A stretch of 62,829 nucleotides of DNA, counting the filler. It is 11 parts of 11 records of this genome, joined end to end, with 100 filler letters (N's around TTAATTAATTAA, not from the genome) between each part and the next. Parts side by side here need not be neighbours in the genome. Positions count along the whole stretch, not along the records: positions 30,705 to 40,713 come from SRR7504441_2752; positions 40,814 to 44,403 come from SRR7504441_2758; positions 44,504 to 54,381 come from SRR7504441_2759; 8 more parts are not named here. One strand, 5' to 3'. Below, piece by piece: positions 37,323-49,709 of this stretch. The notes under the pieces are model-generated. The model worked only from the letters and a program-made list of their open reading frames with translations, did no database searches and had not been told where the DNA came from. The number at the start of each line of letters is the position of its first letter. The first letter of the stretch is position 1. The position numbers and the translations under genes were made by a program.

Positions 37323-39802
37323 TCAAGTCTTGATGATGTAATCCATCAGGTGATCGTACTTGCCGAACTCTTCGTGCCCCCAATAAAGCTCTAGCGTAGT
37401 CTCCCCACGGTTACGATGCGCCTGCAATTTGATCACATGCCGCCTTGAGCTCTCGTCATAGTGCACCGACTCGCTGCCTAAACTTTTAAAGTTATGCTTG
37501 GCCATCAAGTAAACTCTCTTTGGCTTGTGCTGCTTGAGGTGAATCTCAAGCTGTTGCTTTGGCTTGGCAACAATGACTAGTTTCTTGTGGCTAGCTAGTT
37601 GGAGCCCACTCTCAAAGAAGCCGCCCTTGAGGGTTGGCATCTCAGCCCAATCCTGTAATTCAAGCGGCCTACTCGAGTAGAGAAACTTCGGGTCCTCCGG
37701 GTAGTGAGAGTAGAGAAACTGGTCGGGTTGAGCACTCCACCAGAATTCATCAAATTGCTTAGTGAACTTGAACCCAGAGCTGAGGTGACCCGCCGCCCAG
37801 GTGCTGTCGACCAGCCGCCAAGCGTTGTCGTACTTAATCGCGTTCCAAGCATGAGACACCTGGAACACATGAATGATTACTGGAGCAGGCCACATGCATT
37901 TCACCTTAGGCTTCTGTCCGGGCTTCCAGCTAAATCCCTTGCAGTAGCCGCTACAAGATTCTGACTCGAGGCTGCCCTTTTCAGCCAATGCCTGCACCAA
38001 CAGTCAAGCCTTCGCACAAGGCAGCGTCCACCTGGTAGAGCCGTGAATAGCCTGAGCAGACCCCTCGCCGCGTGCTTAGCACGCCCTCGGGAGTACAGTC
38101 ACCGTAGTTGCCAGTGCGGAATCCTTCCCCATCTAGCTGCCCTATGAGCAACGCACAACTAGAGCACAGCACCGTAGGCGATGTTGTTGGCTATCCACCG
38201 GAATATCACCCGGTGCTTGTCACTGTCCTTGGAGAATGGGGATAACAGGTATTTGGCCAGGCTGCTCACGCTGCCCACCACCTCCGGAGTCTCAGGACAC
38301 TCCAATGCGTGCTTATCAGCCTGCTTCCAGCGGTCCCTCAGTTCTTGGTTCGCCGTCAGCACATCCTGGGCTTGCTGCTGTAGCTCGGGCATCTTACAGC
38401 CATGCTTGCTTGCCTTTCTGCATGTAGCCAGACAGCTCGCATACTCTCCCCTCTCCAGCTCACCCTTTGCCAGCAATTCCCATGCCGCTGAATGGCGGCT
38501 GTTTAGCGCGAGCACTTTTCTTGCCACATCACAGGCATCAGGGATTTTCCCCTGTAGCATGTGCACCTCTGCCAGGCGGAGAAGCAGCTTGGAATCGAGC
38601 TTGAGTACAAGTGCAACTTGGAGCTTCTCCTGCGCCTTCTCGAGCTCACCGTTATTAATTGCCTGCTCTGCTGTAGCTTGGAGGGACTCAACATTAGTGC
38701 CTTCGGCCATCATTTCGAGCTTGGAAATGGCAGAGACTTGAAACAGCCCTTCATACCTAGTGCTTCTGCCAGATCTGGCCGTGGAGCAAAACATGATCTC
38801 GGATGCAGGCCCGCTGATTGTCAAGGCTGGGTCAAAAAAGACATTCTTGCCATGCTGAACAGACGCTTTAAGCACCCCAGCGCACTGGCGCTGTTGTGAC
38901 CCACCAGCCTGCACGGCTTTGGCGCGCCACCGCACTTCTGTTACTGAGCTGTTTGTGACCAGCAAAAACGGGAAAGGGACGTCAGTTACCACGGGGCCTC
39001 GCACTGGAGTGTGCAGGGCCGCCTCGACCTCGAGGAATTTGCCATAAACTTCCGGTGCGTCGGGCGCATTTCCAATGTGCGAAGTTATTGGTGCGAATCT
39101 GAGCGCCTGCTCCATTGTGAGCTCATCTGGTTCGTCCACTTGCTCCTCGGCCAGGCCAGTCTCATCCTTGATGGCCACCTCGGCCAGGCAAATCTCCATC
39201 GCAGACTCAAACTCGCCGCCGCATTCACGCAAGATCCGGTCGACCTGCTCCTCCCCGAGGCCCTGGTCAAACCCCATGCTCGCCAGCCGCTCTCGGGCGG
39301 TCGGCTCCTCGGCGCGTACAGGGATTTCCACCTCCACGTCCGGATCCTCCCGCGCCCGCACCGCCGCCTTGGCCGCCCGCTCCGCCTGTCTCTCCTGCTC
39401 GGCCTGCAGTTTGGCATTATCCCACTCAAGCTGCCCCGCCGCCTCGTGCTCCGCCTTCCGCTCAAAGGCCGCGCGCTGCTCGGCCTGCTCGGCCTCCGAG
39501 CTCCGGCCCGGCAGTACCGCCGGCAGCTCTGTCCGCCGGAGCACCACCCGCCGCACGTGGACCAGCCTGCGTACCGCCCTCCGGAACCGTGCCAGTGCGG
39601 ACTGCTGTCCCTCGGCTTGCTCCTCCGGTGTCGCAGCGCCAGCTTTCGATGTGCTCTCCGTGGTGGCTGCCGGCTGGTCCCCGAGCCCGGCCACCTCAGC
39701 CGCCAGCTGGTCGCACTTGGCCTTCAGAGCTGTGCTCTCTTCGGCGTCCGGTGCCACCGCCTGTGGCTGGGCTCCGGCGCCGCAGCAAGCTGCCGCGCCC
39801 AT
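37323..39802 (-). CDS. Acylated UBA + TPR + transglutaminase-like (KY/hillarin/Cyk3-type) protein; 3 introns
   Basis: MGAAACCG; UBA LASMGFD; TPR-like helices; RVIFRWIANNIAYD, GVCSGYS (Cys), SHAWNA (His), LVDSTWAAG (Asp), PDQFLYSHYP. Confidence 0.87.
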
Positions 39803-39891
39803 ACGGTACCTCGCGGCTCAACAGCGCAGGTCCGGAAACAGCTCATGAGCTGCACGGCCGGCCGTTACCACCGTCGCTGGCCTCGTGTGGC

Positions 39892-40713
39892 ATGGATCAG
39901 GGAAAGACTGCGGTTGAGCGGATCAACCAGCGGGTGAGCGAGGCCAAGGAGGCCCGCGGGAGCAGCTCCATCACCTCGCCCCCCGGCAAGTCCAAAGAGG
40001 AGATCAAAAACTCCTTCCTGGAGATCGCCAAGGTGCCCGGCCCGCCTGCCACCCGCGGTTGAGCCTCGGCCGCAGGAGCGGGTGATGCAGCGTAAGCGGG
40101 AGGCCGAGGGCAAGACTGGCGGGCCTTTCTTCTCCGGCACTGCTGCGCCACCCCCCGCACCGGCCCCAGCTGCCCAGCCGCCGGCCCAGCCCCGCGAACC
40201 AGCCCTGCCGGCGCACGAGGCTGGATCGAACTGGTTCCAGGGAGACAAAGAGGAACTGTACGCAGTGTTCGGCAAAGTGGACATCGGGCTGAAAGGTGGC
40301 AGCCGAGCGCCGGGTCGGGCGAGCGCCGGGGGCAGGCACCGCCCCCCGCAAGTTTCTGGCCAAGAAAATCGACGAGATCGCCGAGGGCGACACTGGGCTG
40401 CTCCGGCTGTCGAATATGGTGAAGGAGCAGAAGGAGACGATCATGAGCCAGGCCAGCTACTACGCCGTGGTCGACCAGTGGTTCAGCGGCCCGGCGCCGG
40501 CGCAGCCCGATCCTCTCGATGCAGCATTCGAGGCCCAGTACCGCAGCCAGGCAGCCAGCAGCGACGCCAAGCAGCACGACATTCTGTTCGACGCTCCTGC
40601 CAGGGCTGTCAGCAGCCCGGACCCGGTGCTGCCGTCCGCCGTGGTGCCAAAGGCGCAGCCCAAACCAGCTCCAGGGCCCACCGCACCTGAGCCTATGTCG
40701 CCTCCTGAGAGCA
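39892..40713 (+). CDS. Hypothetical protein with a degenerate EF-hand-like motif (3' truncated); 2 introns
   Basis: Frames joined by 43- and 40-nt GT-AG introns; ELYAVFGKVDIGLKG helix-loop. Confidence 0.6.
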
Positions 40714-40881
40714 NNNNNNNNNNNNNNNNNNNNNNNNNNNNNNNNNNNNNNNNNNNNTTAATTAATTAANNNNNNNNNNNNNNNNNNNNNNNNNNNNNNN
40801 NNNNNNNNNNNNNTCGATAATTATCACAAGAACAATGTTTTTTGAAAACGAAAAACCGTTAGTTTAATTTTAAAGACTAAA

Positions 40882-41220
40882 CTAGGAGCCCGGACTAAAA
40901 TTACGGCTTACTTCCACTGGGAATGCAATCGCGGTTGCCATGAATGCGATCTTGGCATCTCGATTCAGTTTGTACCTATACTCGTCACAAAGCTGAATCC
41001 CTCGCGTGATGCCAGAGAACTCGCTATCTGCAGTCTGCCTAAGCACCTGAGCAGCAGCATCAGTCAACCTCGCACCGGTTCGTCCGGGTGATCGTCGTCC
41101 AGCACCCGCGCCGCGTGGGCGACGATGCGCTCCAGGCTCGTGCCATCACAGATCATGCTGCCCCACGGAGACTGGCACAGCGCAAGCCGCTCCATTTCTG
41201 TGCCTTCAGAGTCACGCATG
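40882..41220 (-). CDS. Possible small hypothetical protein
   Basis: Two ORFs joinable only by an unusually short intron; no recognised motif. Confidence 0.3.
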
Positions 41221-41333
41221 GCTGCTAACACCCACTGCGGTGCATCGCAACACCCGACAGTGCCTCTCTTACTCTCTGACCAGTGACCACCCACTCGATA
41301 ATTAACGGCATCGCACCGGTGTGCACCGTGCAA

Positions 41334-42134
41334 ATGGGTAACGACGTCGGGGCGGCGATGCAGCGATGCAACGGCTCGCGCCAGGAGGGGCTCTGCCAGT
41401 CCACCCGACGGGCCTACCTGTTCAACAGCCAGGCGGGGGCGATCTTCGGCCAGCCGCTCTCAAAGTTCGGGGCCGGCCACCCACCGTTTGTGCGGCCCAC
41501 CCTCGCCTACATAGCCGAGCGCCGGCCAGCCGGTTACGTGAGCCCGGAGGAGATGGACGGGGCCCAGCAGCTGGCCGACTGCATCCGGACCATGCTCGAT
41601 GACCGCGAGACTGTGGACGTTGTGCGGTGCCTGCAGGACAGCGACGACCGGCAGCCCGGCTCTGGCTGGCTCCCCGGGGTGGCGCTGGTGGCGAGCTGGC
41701 TGTACATGCTTCCGGAGCCACTCATCGACGAGGGTGCCCGAGCAGCCTGGGCTCGAGTGCTGAGCTCCGAGGCCCCGGGCGCCGCGGCGGCCAAGCTGAT
41801 GCCTGTGGTCTGCCAGCCGGGCTCGGCGCTTGCGCTGCTCTTGCGGTGTATCGCAGACACGCGGCGAAATCACGGCGAGGAGGCTAGTGCGGCCCTCGCG
41901 CTGATCTGGGCCCCGGTGCTGTTCGGGCGCGAGGCTGCTGTGAAGTTGCTGCTGCAGCTTCCCAGTCTGGTGCGGTTAGTTGAGTTTTTGGCTGCACACA
42001 GTGAAGCGGCATCGCCGGAGGCGGCGGAGCCATCTGGGGGGGCTGATAGTGCGGCTGATCAGCCGGTTTTGACAGAAAAAGTCACCATGGAATACGCACA
42101 AAGCGGTGCTGCACCGACTGATGAGAATCAATGA
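41334..42134 (+). CDS. Degenerate RhoGAP-fold protein, intronless
   Basis: IFGQPL...PPFV, ASWLYMLPEPLI, LALIWAPVLFG match RhoGAP landmarks; no GxFR arginine finger seen. Confidence 0.65.
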   Translation: MGNDVGAAMQRCNGSRQEGLCQSTRRAYLFNSQAGAIFGQPLSKFGAGHPPFVRPTLAYIAERRPAGYVSPEEMDGAQQLADCIRTMLDDRETVDVVRCLQDSDDRQPGSGWLPGVALVASWLYMLPEPLIDEGARAAWARVLSSEAPGAAAAKLMPVVCQPGSALALLLRCIADTRRNHGEEASAALALIWAPVLFGREAAVKLLLQLPSLVRLVEFLAAHSEAASPEAAEPSGGADSAADQPVLTEKVTMEYAQSGAAPTDENQ

Positions 42135-42399
42135 CGATTATGACGTGCACAATCATGACATCAGTGTGTGTGTATATGTGTGGTGCATCATGACATAATC
42201 ACGACATCAACTCATTATAACGATTACCGTAAGATAAATAGCGATTAGAATCTTGCAGACAATGATTTTCAGTGATGAAACACACTGAATACGATACGGT
42301 GACCACGATGCTAATTTTGGGTGTCCATCACAGCACTGCGACGTTGCTCGTCGCAATACAAGTATGTGCAGCTACATCATAATTCCGTCCTTCCTTTCC

Positions 42400-43323
42400 G
42401 TGGAGAGCCATCTTCCACCACAGGCTCGCAATCTTCACCTGTTTTTCATCGATCGACCAACAAGCTAGATATGGAATCAAAGCACCTGAATGCCTGTACT
42501 GAACAGATCAGCATGGGCGGACTGCCTTTGGACCTGTATACAACCAATGCCTGGATGCCTGGCGGTTTCCTTGGAGGATGTCAGCCGGCCAGTTTGAGAA
42601 TCGAGTGTAAGCAAAGTGGCCTGGTTTACTACAATCTTCTTCCCTCTCTGACCACCGAGCATCTCCATCCCTGGGAGCGGCTGGTCAATGGCGTACAGCT
42701 GTGCCCCCCCGGTTCGCCGGTGATAGCATCTAGCAGACACCTCCCCACCCGCGATCCCGCCCATTTTGGCCGCCACCTCCGCCAACCTCCTCACCTGTAG
42801 CCACACCTCCACCAGTTTTCACTATGCAGCGGACCTTTGTCTCGGATGTGAAGATGAAATCGTCATCGAGCACCAGTACATACCGAGTTTTGACCTAGCG
42901 CAGCCTCAGCCGAGCCCTCCCGCGGGATCAACCTCCTGCAGCCCACGGTTTCGCCCGGCCGAGATCCCCACCTCCTCCGGCAGTGCGATATACTGCAGTG
43001 GCAGCTGAGCCTCCGCCGTAGCCTCCCTGCGATTCGCCGCCGCAGAGGGCCCATCGTCGACCACGACCACCTGCGCGGGCGGGTTTAGCTGGCGCGCCGG
43101 GATGGCCAGGCCTTGAGTCCCGGGGCATGATCTACGATCGAGTCCAGCAGCCGCTGGAGGCAGCCCGGGCGTTCATACGTCTTGATCAGCTGCGACCGGG
43201 GTGTCGGGGCGGCCCGGACAGGGGGCAGGGGACCGCGGTGATCTCGGTGATGGGCGGAGCCGCCGTATGGCCCAGGCTGCAGAGGCCTGCCAACAACAGC
43301 GCCTGCAAGGGGACCGACCACAT
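42400..43323 (-). CDS. GT-A fold glycosyltransferase (GT2/GT12 B4GALNT-like); several introns; 3' end uncertain
   Basis: Signal/anchor; ITALIKTYERPGCLQRLLDSI, VVVVDDG, GISAGRN, VKTRYVLVLDDDF (DxD). Confidence 0.75.
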
Positions 43324-43466
43324 GGTGACGCAATGCAGTTTTGCCGTTGGTCCAGCCGTCACCAAGCTGAGTGCGGTCCAGGAGAGCTGCCACAGCGCAG
43401 CCAGTGCTCGGCTCGGTGGGCTGATGGCGGCTAGGGGCCGACGACAGACACAATAAAAGCGCGACG

Positions 43467-44403
43467 ATGGCACTGCTGCAGGAACCCCTCCCGCCCGGAG
43501 CCAAGGTCTGCATCATCGGAGCCGGCACCACAGGCCTGCTTGCAGCCAAAAATGCTGTCGAGCAGGGCTTCAAGGTCAGTGTGTTCGAGCAGACGGACCG
43601 CGTGGGTGGTGTGTGGCGGCAAGACCCGCCTGGTCCCTCGCAACACTCACCAGCCTACGACTCGCTGTACACGAACAGCAGGTAAAAACTCAACTAACCC
43701 ACCGTGTTCTAACTGAGACGGTGGGCAGCAATGCGCTGATGAACATCAGCGACTTCCCTTTCCCCTTCGACACCAAGTACCACTTCCCGACCCGCGAAGA
43801 GATCTGCCGCTACTACGAGGCCTACTGCAAGCATTTCGAGCTGCAGGAACATATCAGCTTCCGTACCACAGTGCTCAGCGTCACTCCTGGGAGCGACGCT
43901 GCAGCAAGGTGGTGGGTGACTGTTGCGCCCACCGACAATCTCAGCGCACCGCTGCCGCCCGAGCGCTTCGATGCCATTCTGGTAGCCAGCGGACAATTTA
44001 GTCAGGCTCAGTGGCCCCGGCTGGAGGGCAAAGAGCTGTTTCAGGGTACCATACAGCACTCCAAAACGTATCGCAACCCTGCCGACCTCCACGGTTCCGT
44101 CCCCCCCGAACCCTCTGTCCTGCGGGCTCATCCCTCCCTCTCAGGTAAGCGCGTCCTGATAGTGGGCATTGGGAACAGCGCCCTCGACATCTCACTGGAG
44201 GTGGCAAGAAGCCAAGCCGCCGCAGTGGACATCGCCTGCCGCTCTGGCACTAACATCATACCTGTGACCGACTACTACGGCATGCCTGCCGATCAGCTGC
44301 TGGTGAGGCTGCCGCTCTACTAAATGAGCCGATAATGCGTGTGTGGACAGGTGAACAGGCTGTACTCCTCGCTGCCTGCCCAGGCGAGACTTCTGTCCTT
44401 TTA
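43467..44403 (+). CDS. FMO: Flavin-containing monooxygenase (3' truncated); 3 introns
   Basis: KVCIIGAGTTGL, FEQTDRVGGVW, YDSLYTNSS, SDFPFP, FQGTIQHSKTY, GKRVLIVGIGNSALDI. Confidence 0.93.
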
Positions 44404-44503
44404 NNNNNNNNNNNNNNNNNNNNNNNNNNNNNNNNNNNNNNNNNNNNTTAATTAATTAANNNNNNNNNNNNNNNNNNNNNNNNNNNNNNNNNNNNNNNNN
44501 NNN

Positions 44504-47500
44504 TGTTAGCAGCAATGTCGCCCGAGGAGAGGGAAGCAACGCTGGCAGTGATGTCACCTGGCGAGAGGGTAGCAGCATTGGCAGCAATGAAGGAAAGGGC
44601 TGCAGCATCAGCAATTAAGTCGCCTGAGGAAGAGTCAGCAGCAGATGCGGCAGCAGCAGCAGCAGCAGTAGAAGCAACAGATGGCTCGGCAGCCGATGCT
44701 GAAGGGGCGATCGTGGAGGACACTGATCCTCCAAAAGGTAAAATCGCCAGCAGAATTGCAAAGGCGGCTCAGGAAGCGCAGGGAAAGAAGGATGGCCAAC
44801 AAGGCGACCAGGTGAACGATGGATCTAGTCCGCCGGGCGATGTTGGTGCGCATGACAGTTCAAAGGGAAGCGAAGGGACGGGTGCACAGAGCAACCAACC
44901 GGACCGCGAAGATCTTGGTGCCGCAGCTGATTCGCCTGATCTTTCTGTCCGCGGGATCTTGTACACTGTACTTGGTGATTTGAGACGAAAGCAGCCGGAT
45001 GTGCAAAAGCGTATCGCAATAATGAATTTGGTAATCAACCACCAGAGATGGCTATTTGTTGAGCAAGAGGCTGAAACGAAGAAAATGCTTAAACACAGGT
45101 TCTTGCTGGACCAGATCAAACACCGGTTCTTCGTTCTGATGCAGAGTTCAGAGTTTAAGGCATTAAGAGAATGGGCTCGCAACCACCAGTGGGAGGTCGC
45201 TGGTGTTGTAGACTTCTTTCCTCTTGTTGCATCAAGCTCTTTACCTGGATCCTAGCTGAACCCGACCCTTTGGATTGCGTTGTATTATTTAGCAAGCGTT
45301 GCTTTCGCAGGTCTAACCTTGGGTGTGGCAGGTGTGGCTAAATGAGCGTATGGCAGCAGGTGCTCGGGTCATCGACGCAATGAAGAAGCGTATGAACGAG
45401 ACCATGATGAAAGGCTATGTAATGAAGCTCCGTGCTGCGATGGACCTGGAGGAGGAGACCAAAGAATTAGTGGAGGATCTGTCAGTGTCGGGCAAGCAAC
45501 TGGACAATACAGAGATGGAAGCCGAAATGAAAGAAATCTCGCTCAAGAAGCAAAAGCGTGAACTGATGGGACAGCTTCAGACTGAGATTTCCAAGAACGA
45601 GCAACTGGGCACTGCTCTCGAACTGGCAGTTGGAATGGAACCGAAGCAGGTGATCGAGGAACTAACCACTCGCTGCTCAGCTGAAAACGCTGAGCTCAGC
45701 ATGAAAATGGACGAGCTACAGGCGGAGTTCGACAAGGCAGTGGCAGAAGCTGAACAGACAGGGCGCGAGGCGGAAAAGGCATCGCTCGGGGATCGGCTCA
45801 AAGACTTGGAGACTCACGAGCAACAGGTGCACGAGTTGAAAGAGCAGCTGCACGCCACGGAAGAAAAGGTGGAGAAGATGCGCGAAACTCAGGAGAAGAT
45901 GCGGGAAGATCAAGCTGAGGCCGACACGAAACTAGAGGTAGAGCAGACCAAGCTTAGAGAGCTTGCAGAAGCAGCTGCTAAGCTGTGCGGTGCTGACTCT
46001 GCTTTACCGCCAGAATTGCAAGCTGAGCTGGTAGGCCAAGTGCAAGCTGCAGGCGTAGAAATAGCGGCCACGGAGCCCGTAGTGGAGGCCCCTGCGTCTG
46101 AATCGGTAGCTGATGCCGAGGAAGCCCCCTCGGTAGCAGATGAAACTCCTGAAGTCCAGAAGAGCGATGATGTAGAAGTGGAGAAGAAGGCACATGTCCA
46201 GGCTGTCGAAATTGATTGCAGTGTCTTGGAGGCTCAGCTCAAGGACAGCGGTGCTGAGCTCGAAAAGTCTAACAGCGAGTGCCGAGCGCTGCGGGAAGAG
46301 GTTGCTCGGATGAAAGAACTCCTGGCAAAGGATGGCGCAGAAGCCGTGATTGAGCTACAAAAGCAAGTCGAAAGCAACTCAGAACACAACAAGGAGCTTC
46401 AGGGCGAGCTTGTTGATACTCAGGCAAAGTGCACTGCGCTTGAGGCCCAACTGAAAGATGTGAAGTCGGAATTGTCAGGCAGTAAAGAGGATGGGCAGTC
46501 CATGAAGGAGGAATTGGCTGTGATCAAGCCTTTGCTAGAAAAGGAAGGTGGAGAAATTGTAATTGAGCTTCAGAAGCAGATTGGCGACAGCGCTGACGAA
46601 GCCAGAGCGCTTCGCAGTGAGTGTACTAAGCTCGAGGAGCAGCTCCAAGAGAAAGCTGACACCGGGCATCTGTTGGATGAAGCTCGTGCTGAACTGGAGG
46701 CCCTGAGAGAGGGTACCCGATCTTTACAGGAAGAAGTCGATCGTGTTAAGGTGCTGGTAGAAAATGACACGGGGCAACCGTGTGCTCCAGATTCGGGCTC
46801 GAGTGATCTCAAGGCGAAGTTGGACGAGGCAACACAGGAGCTGGACACGGCAAAACTTGAGTGCCAAGCTTTGCAGGAGGAAGTTAGCCATATGAAAGAT
46901 CTCATGGCAAAGGAAGGCGGAGAACTTGTTGCTGAGCTGCAGGGCGAGATCAGCAAGCTCGAGGCTCAGATGGGGATGACAGAGGAGTTGAATTCGCTGA
47001 AAACTAAAGCCGACACGGACAGATGCCTCGATGAGATGTGCGAGCAGGTAAAGCAGTTGGAAAGTGCTAAATCTGAAGCCGACAACAGCCTACAAGAAGC
47101 ACAGCGCGAGGTGGAGTCACTCAAAAGCGAGCTGCTTACACTTGCTCCAACGCCCGCAGAATACACCAAGAAGCCAGTGCCTGGAGGCGCTCTAAGCAAC
47201 GACGTGCATGATATGCTTGGAGACCTCCGTGGTGACATCTCAGCGGTTTCTGAAGATTTGAACGCAGATGGCCTCGTGACCGAGAGTGCGGCTCTCCAGC
47301 TGGTCACTCAATCCCTCGATTCGGCAAACGGAATAGAGCTTGCTAACATGGCTACCATTGTCTCTGGAGTGCGTGAGCAGCTAGGCAAATCTGATAGTTC
47401 ACATGCGAGCGCTGCCGCACAGTTGGAGGACCGAATTGTGAAGGCGCTCGCCTCGCATCGGGGTCAGTATACCCGCGAAGTTGGAAAAGTCGTTAGGAAA

Positions 47501-48601
47501 ATCGTGACTACCTTGGTAGAGGAGCTCTATAAATTTCAAGACGGCATGCAAGGCACAGATGTGTCGGATGAGCTGCTGCGACTGGCGACCCAACTGCAAG
47601 GGACCACCTTGCTGGATGATATGCTGCCTGAAGAGCTGGACCAAGTGGTTGAGAAGACCCAGAGGGTTGTAGACTCTCTGCGCAGTGATGCACGCCAAGA
47701 GGAGGCACTGGCTGTCACAAAGCTGGCATGGGCTTTGCAGGACAATGCCCAGTATCTCAATGCACTGGATAGGCTGGTGGAGAAGCAGACAAATATTGGT
47801 GCAAGCCAGCCCAAAATGACTCTCAAGCAAGTGTTGGACAGTACTCTGTTGGGTCGCAAGTCCGCAGCCGAGAATGATAAACCTAATGTGCAGCAAAGCT
47901 TGGAGGGCAGTTCGGAGAAAGATCACAAGGCTGAGCTGGAGAATCTGCAGCAGGGGATGACAGAGCTTTGTGAGCAACTTGAGAACGCCTGGAACGAGAG
48001 CGTCGATGGCGATCTCCCGCTTGTGTGTAACTGTTGTGCTCTTGTGCTGCTAATGGGATCCAGCATGACGCCGTCGAGGCATACACACGATGGCTGGGGA
48101 GCTTTCACAAGCCTGGAACAGTGTGAATCGGGCGAGAGCCGGCTCTTCGTCCAGGCTGCATTGGTCACACAGGCTCTGCTTAAAATGCTCACGGCCACAT
48201 TCTGCGCCCAGGAGGACGCAGAGGACTTAATTGCGAATCTCGAAGGTCGCCAGTTTGATTTGGAGGCAAAGCTTAGCGGAGCCTCAACGACAGTGCAAAC
48301 CGCGGAGAGTCAATCCAACGACTTGAGTATGAAGCTATTTGAGCTGCGTACCGAGGTTGCTGCAGAGCGTCGCGTTCACGAAGACCAACTGGTGATTATG
48401 AATTTCGAGCTGGAGCAGATGCGCGATGCGCTTGACGCTACACGGCGGGATGAGGAGGTCAGTGCGACTGGTCAGTCTTTGAACCAGCCGATGAGGCGGG
48501 AGGGCGGTGGTAGCCCCTTGTACAGGGCCATGGACATCGTGGAGCGTGCGATGCGGTCGCCCAATAGATCGAACAACGGCCACGTGCAGCCCGGCTCATA
48601 A
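44504..48601 (+). CDS. Large coiled-coil protein with 12-aa MSPEERxAxLAA repeats and internal helical repeats (5' truncated)
   Basis: ORFs 44515 and 45323 joinable by intron ~45196-45331; three copies of ExxxLxEEVxxMKxLLxKEGGExVxELQ. Confidence 0.75.
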
Positions 48602-49062
48602 TTATACGTAACTCGTTTAATCAATAGTACAGTTGAGCATCGATTGTATTGATAGTTCGGCGTAATCCATGCTGTGAGCCCCGCTGGGAGATCTCTATGG
48701 AGCACAACCAGGATCGGCCGCCCGGGTTCGTGCGTGCAGAAGTTAGCAGTTTGGATCTGCGGCGACTCTAGGGCACATCTCTTTCTAGTCGAATCGATCG
48801 TACTGAAATCAATCGTTGATTATTCGTTGACGATGATTAATGTGTTCGATGATGCAATACGTGTACATGTATACGCATTCAAATCTAGTGAAGTAGTAGT
48901 GAAGTACATGTAGTAATGAAGTATAGTGAAGTACTTAGTAATGAAGTGAGTTTCGTTGCAGGTTGTGAATTCACGGAATGTGAATCGAGCAAGATTACTG
49001 TGATGCAGCTATCGAGACATTGGATCCACGTTGGGTAACGAACATCAACTCCAGATGCAAGG

Positions 49063-49368
49063 TCACTTCATGCACGCCTTGCAGGCGCAATAGCCGTGTC
49101 CAGTGGACATTCTGCCCGACCGCCAGTTCATTATACTACTTGTATTGACTGGATCTCTAGCCGCCCCGAATGCCAATGAGGGCTGCGTCGCACTTGCCGC
49201 CCATCCATGGCCGGCCCGATCGCAATTGTTGGTTTTCGCCTCCCAGCCCCGCGCGCGCATGAGCTCTGCGGCGTAGTCGGCGACCTCTTCAGACGGTAAT
49301 TTTCTGTAGTAGAACGCGGTCGGGCTGCGTTGCAGGCACCGGCTGCGGGCCTCCAAGTCCTCATGCAC
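49063..49368 (-). CDS. Possible small hypothetical protein
   Basis: ORF only; C-terminal GHGYCACKAC; no family recognised. Confidence 0.3.
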   Translation of the reverse strand: MHEDLEARSRCLQRSPTAFYYRKLPSEEVADYAAELMRARGWEAKTNNCDRAGHGWAASATQPSLAFGAARDPVNTSSIMNWRSGRMSTGHGYCACKACMK

Positions 49369-49709
49369 GTACCCGCGGAGCCTCTCCTCGAATGCCAGCC
49401 TGTCCGGAGCTCAGCCAACAGCCGCCGTCACTGCAATCTATCCGAATCACCTCTCGGCCTCGGCCGGAAGCATCGGGTTTTGGCGCAGGGAGGGGGTGAA
49501 GGGGCCCTTCAGATTGACCAGAGTCCTGAAGGCGGCAGTCAGCCGCTGCAGCTGACCCGCGACGGCTCAGCTGGAACAGTGCGGCTGTGGCACCTCTGCA
49601 CGCTCTCCGGCCGAGGATGCATCCATCTTTCCTACACGTACGTCTCCAGGAGCTGTCCATCAATCGAATCAATCACAAACGGCAAGTCGGCAACCCTGCC
49701 GCCAACTGC

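Noticed and set aside
30958-42161. 16-nt exact match TGCACAATCATGACAT at 30958 and 42146
   Set aside because: A single match of this length in 63 kb is near chance expectation, with no extended similarity.
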